Assembly: GCA_963728205.1 (NCBI GenBank)
Contig: CAVSIV010000006.1
Location: forward strand, 1,568,001-1,632,000
DNA from: an uncultured Chloroflexia bacterium
GTDB lineage: Bacteria; Chloroflexota; Dehalococcoidia; UBA2979
Direction: 5' to 3'
DNA length: 64,000 nt
Part shown: in pieces, positions 63,475 through 64,000 of the stretch
Numbering within the stretch: position 1 is the stretch's first letter
Layout: each line of letters opens with the position of its first letter
Translations under genes and position numbers: made by a program
The notes under the pieces: generated by a model
Seen by the model: only the letters and a program-made list of their open reading frames with translations
Database searches by the model: none
Told to the model about the DNA's origin: nothing

Positions 63475-63503
63475 GGCGCGCGGCCGGCATGAGGCCGGCC
63501 GTG
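63475..63503. repeat. Family B variant copy
   Basis: GGCGCGCGGCCGGC-ATGAG-GCCGGCCGTG has the same flanks and a compensated stem. Confidence 0.7.
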
Positions 63504-63522
63504 CGCAACTCCCACGAACGCG

Positions 63523-63550
63523 GAAGGGGCGCCGGCGAGCGCCCCTTCTT
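63523..63550 (+). terminator. Intrinsic terminator-like hairpin
   Basis: GAAGGGGCGC-CGGCGA-GCGCCCCTTC followed by TT. Confidence 0.55.
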
Positions 63551-63658
63551 GCTGCCGGCGGCTCCGTGTGGATACCGAAGATCTGTTCACGTGTTTACGC
63601 AAGTGCCTGATTACGGTACAGTCCGGGTCACGCGGGGGGCTCGGACCGGGGGTGTGCG

Positions 63659-64000
63659 TTGCGACACACGGCGCTTCGCGTGTCACGTCACGTGGCGCTG
63701 TTCGCATCGCTCGCCGCCGCCCTCGTCGTTGCAGCTCTCCCCGGGACGACGATCGCCGCACCCCTGCCCGGCCCCCCGCCGATCCATCGCGCCACCGCGC
63801 CGACCCCGGCGCGAGGCCCCCTCGATCTGATCGCCGGCTCACCCGCCGCCGTGCTCGCCGCGCTCGACCGACGGCCCGCACAGCTCGCGGAGCTGGCGAC
63901 GTCGGGCCCGGCCTCGTACTTCGACGGCGCCCAGGTCGTCGCGCTCTACGGTCACCCCGGCCAGGCGACGATGGGTGAGCTCGGCGCGCACTCGCCCGAG
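63659..64000 (+). CDS. Secreted protein, 3' end truncated by the window
   Basis: TTG start, signal-like hydrophobic segment, open frame to the edge ending QVVALYGHPGQATMGELG. Confidence 0.6.
   Translation, partial: MRHTALRVSRHVALFASLAAALVVAALPGTTIAAPLPGPPPIHRATAPTPARGPLDLIAGSPAAVLAALDRRPAQLAELATSGPASYFDGAQVVALYGHPGQATMGELGAHSPE

Overview
This is a very GC-rich chromosomal segment of mostly core genes. Gene content and protein style suggest Chloroflexota, probably Dehalococcoidia (inference only). It carries a complete F1Fo ATP synthase operon with a Rex-type operator upstream, followed by murA, mreB and rex. Other genes include murI, pyrF, pabB/pabC, a DAHP synthase, ispH, a CsoR-regulated copper locus, and a large acyl-CoA catabolic neighbourhood (CoA-transferase, MaoC pair, TPP lyase, two non-Cys thiolase/DUF35 pairs, CoA ligase, crotonase). 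Several genes carry single-base frameshifts (atpA, pabB, ispH, CoA-transferase, a methyltransferase), most simply explained as assembly errors. The most notable unexplained structure is a set of intergenic palindromic repeats: family A forms four REPIN-like elements, and family B has compensatory stem changes and one nested 24-bp insertion. A RAYT/IS200-like HUH transposase with an altered HVE motif sits next to a related hairpin. Other highlights are an unannotated membrane-anchored metallothionein-like microprotein, a CopZ-like domain fused to an unrecognised Cys-rich domain, signal-peptide-like leaders on AtpE and AtpF, probable CTG starts, and many leaderless promoters. No rRNA, tRNA, CRISPR array or prophage was recognised.
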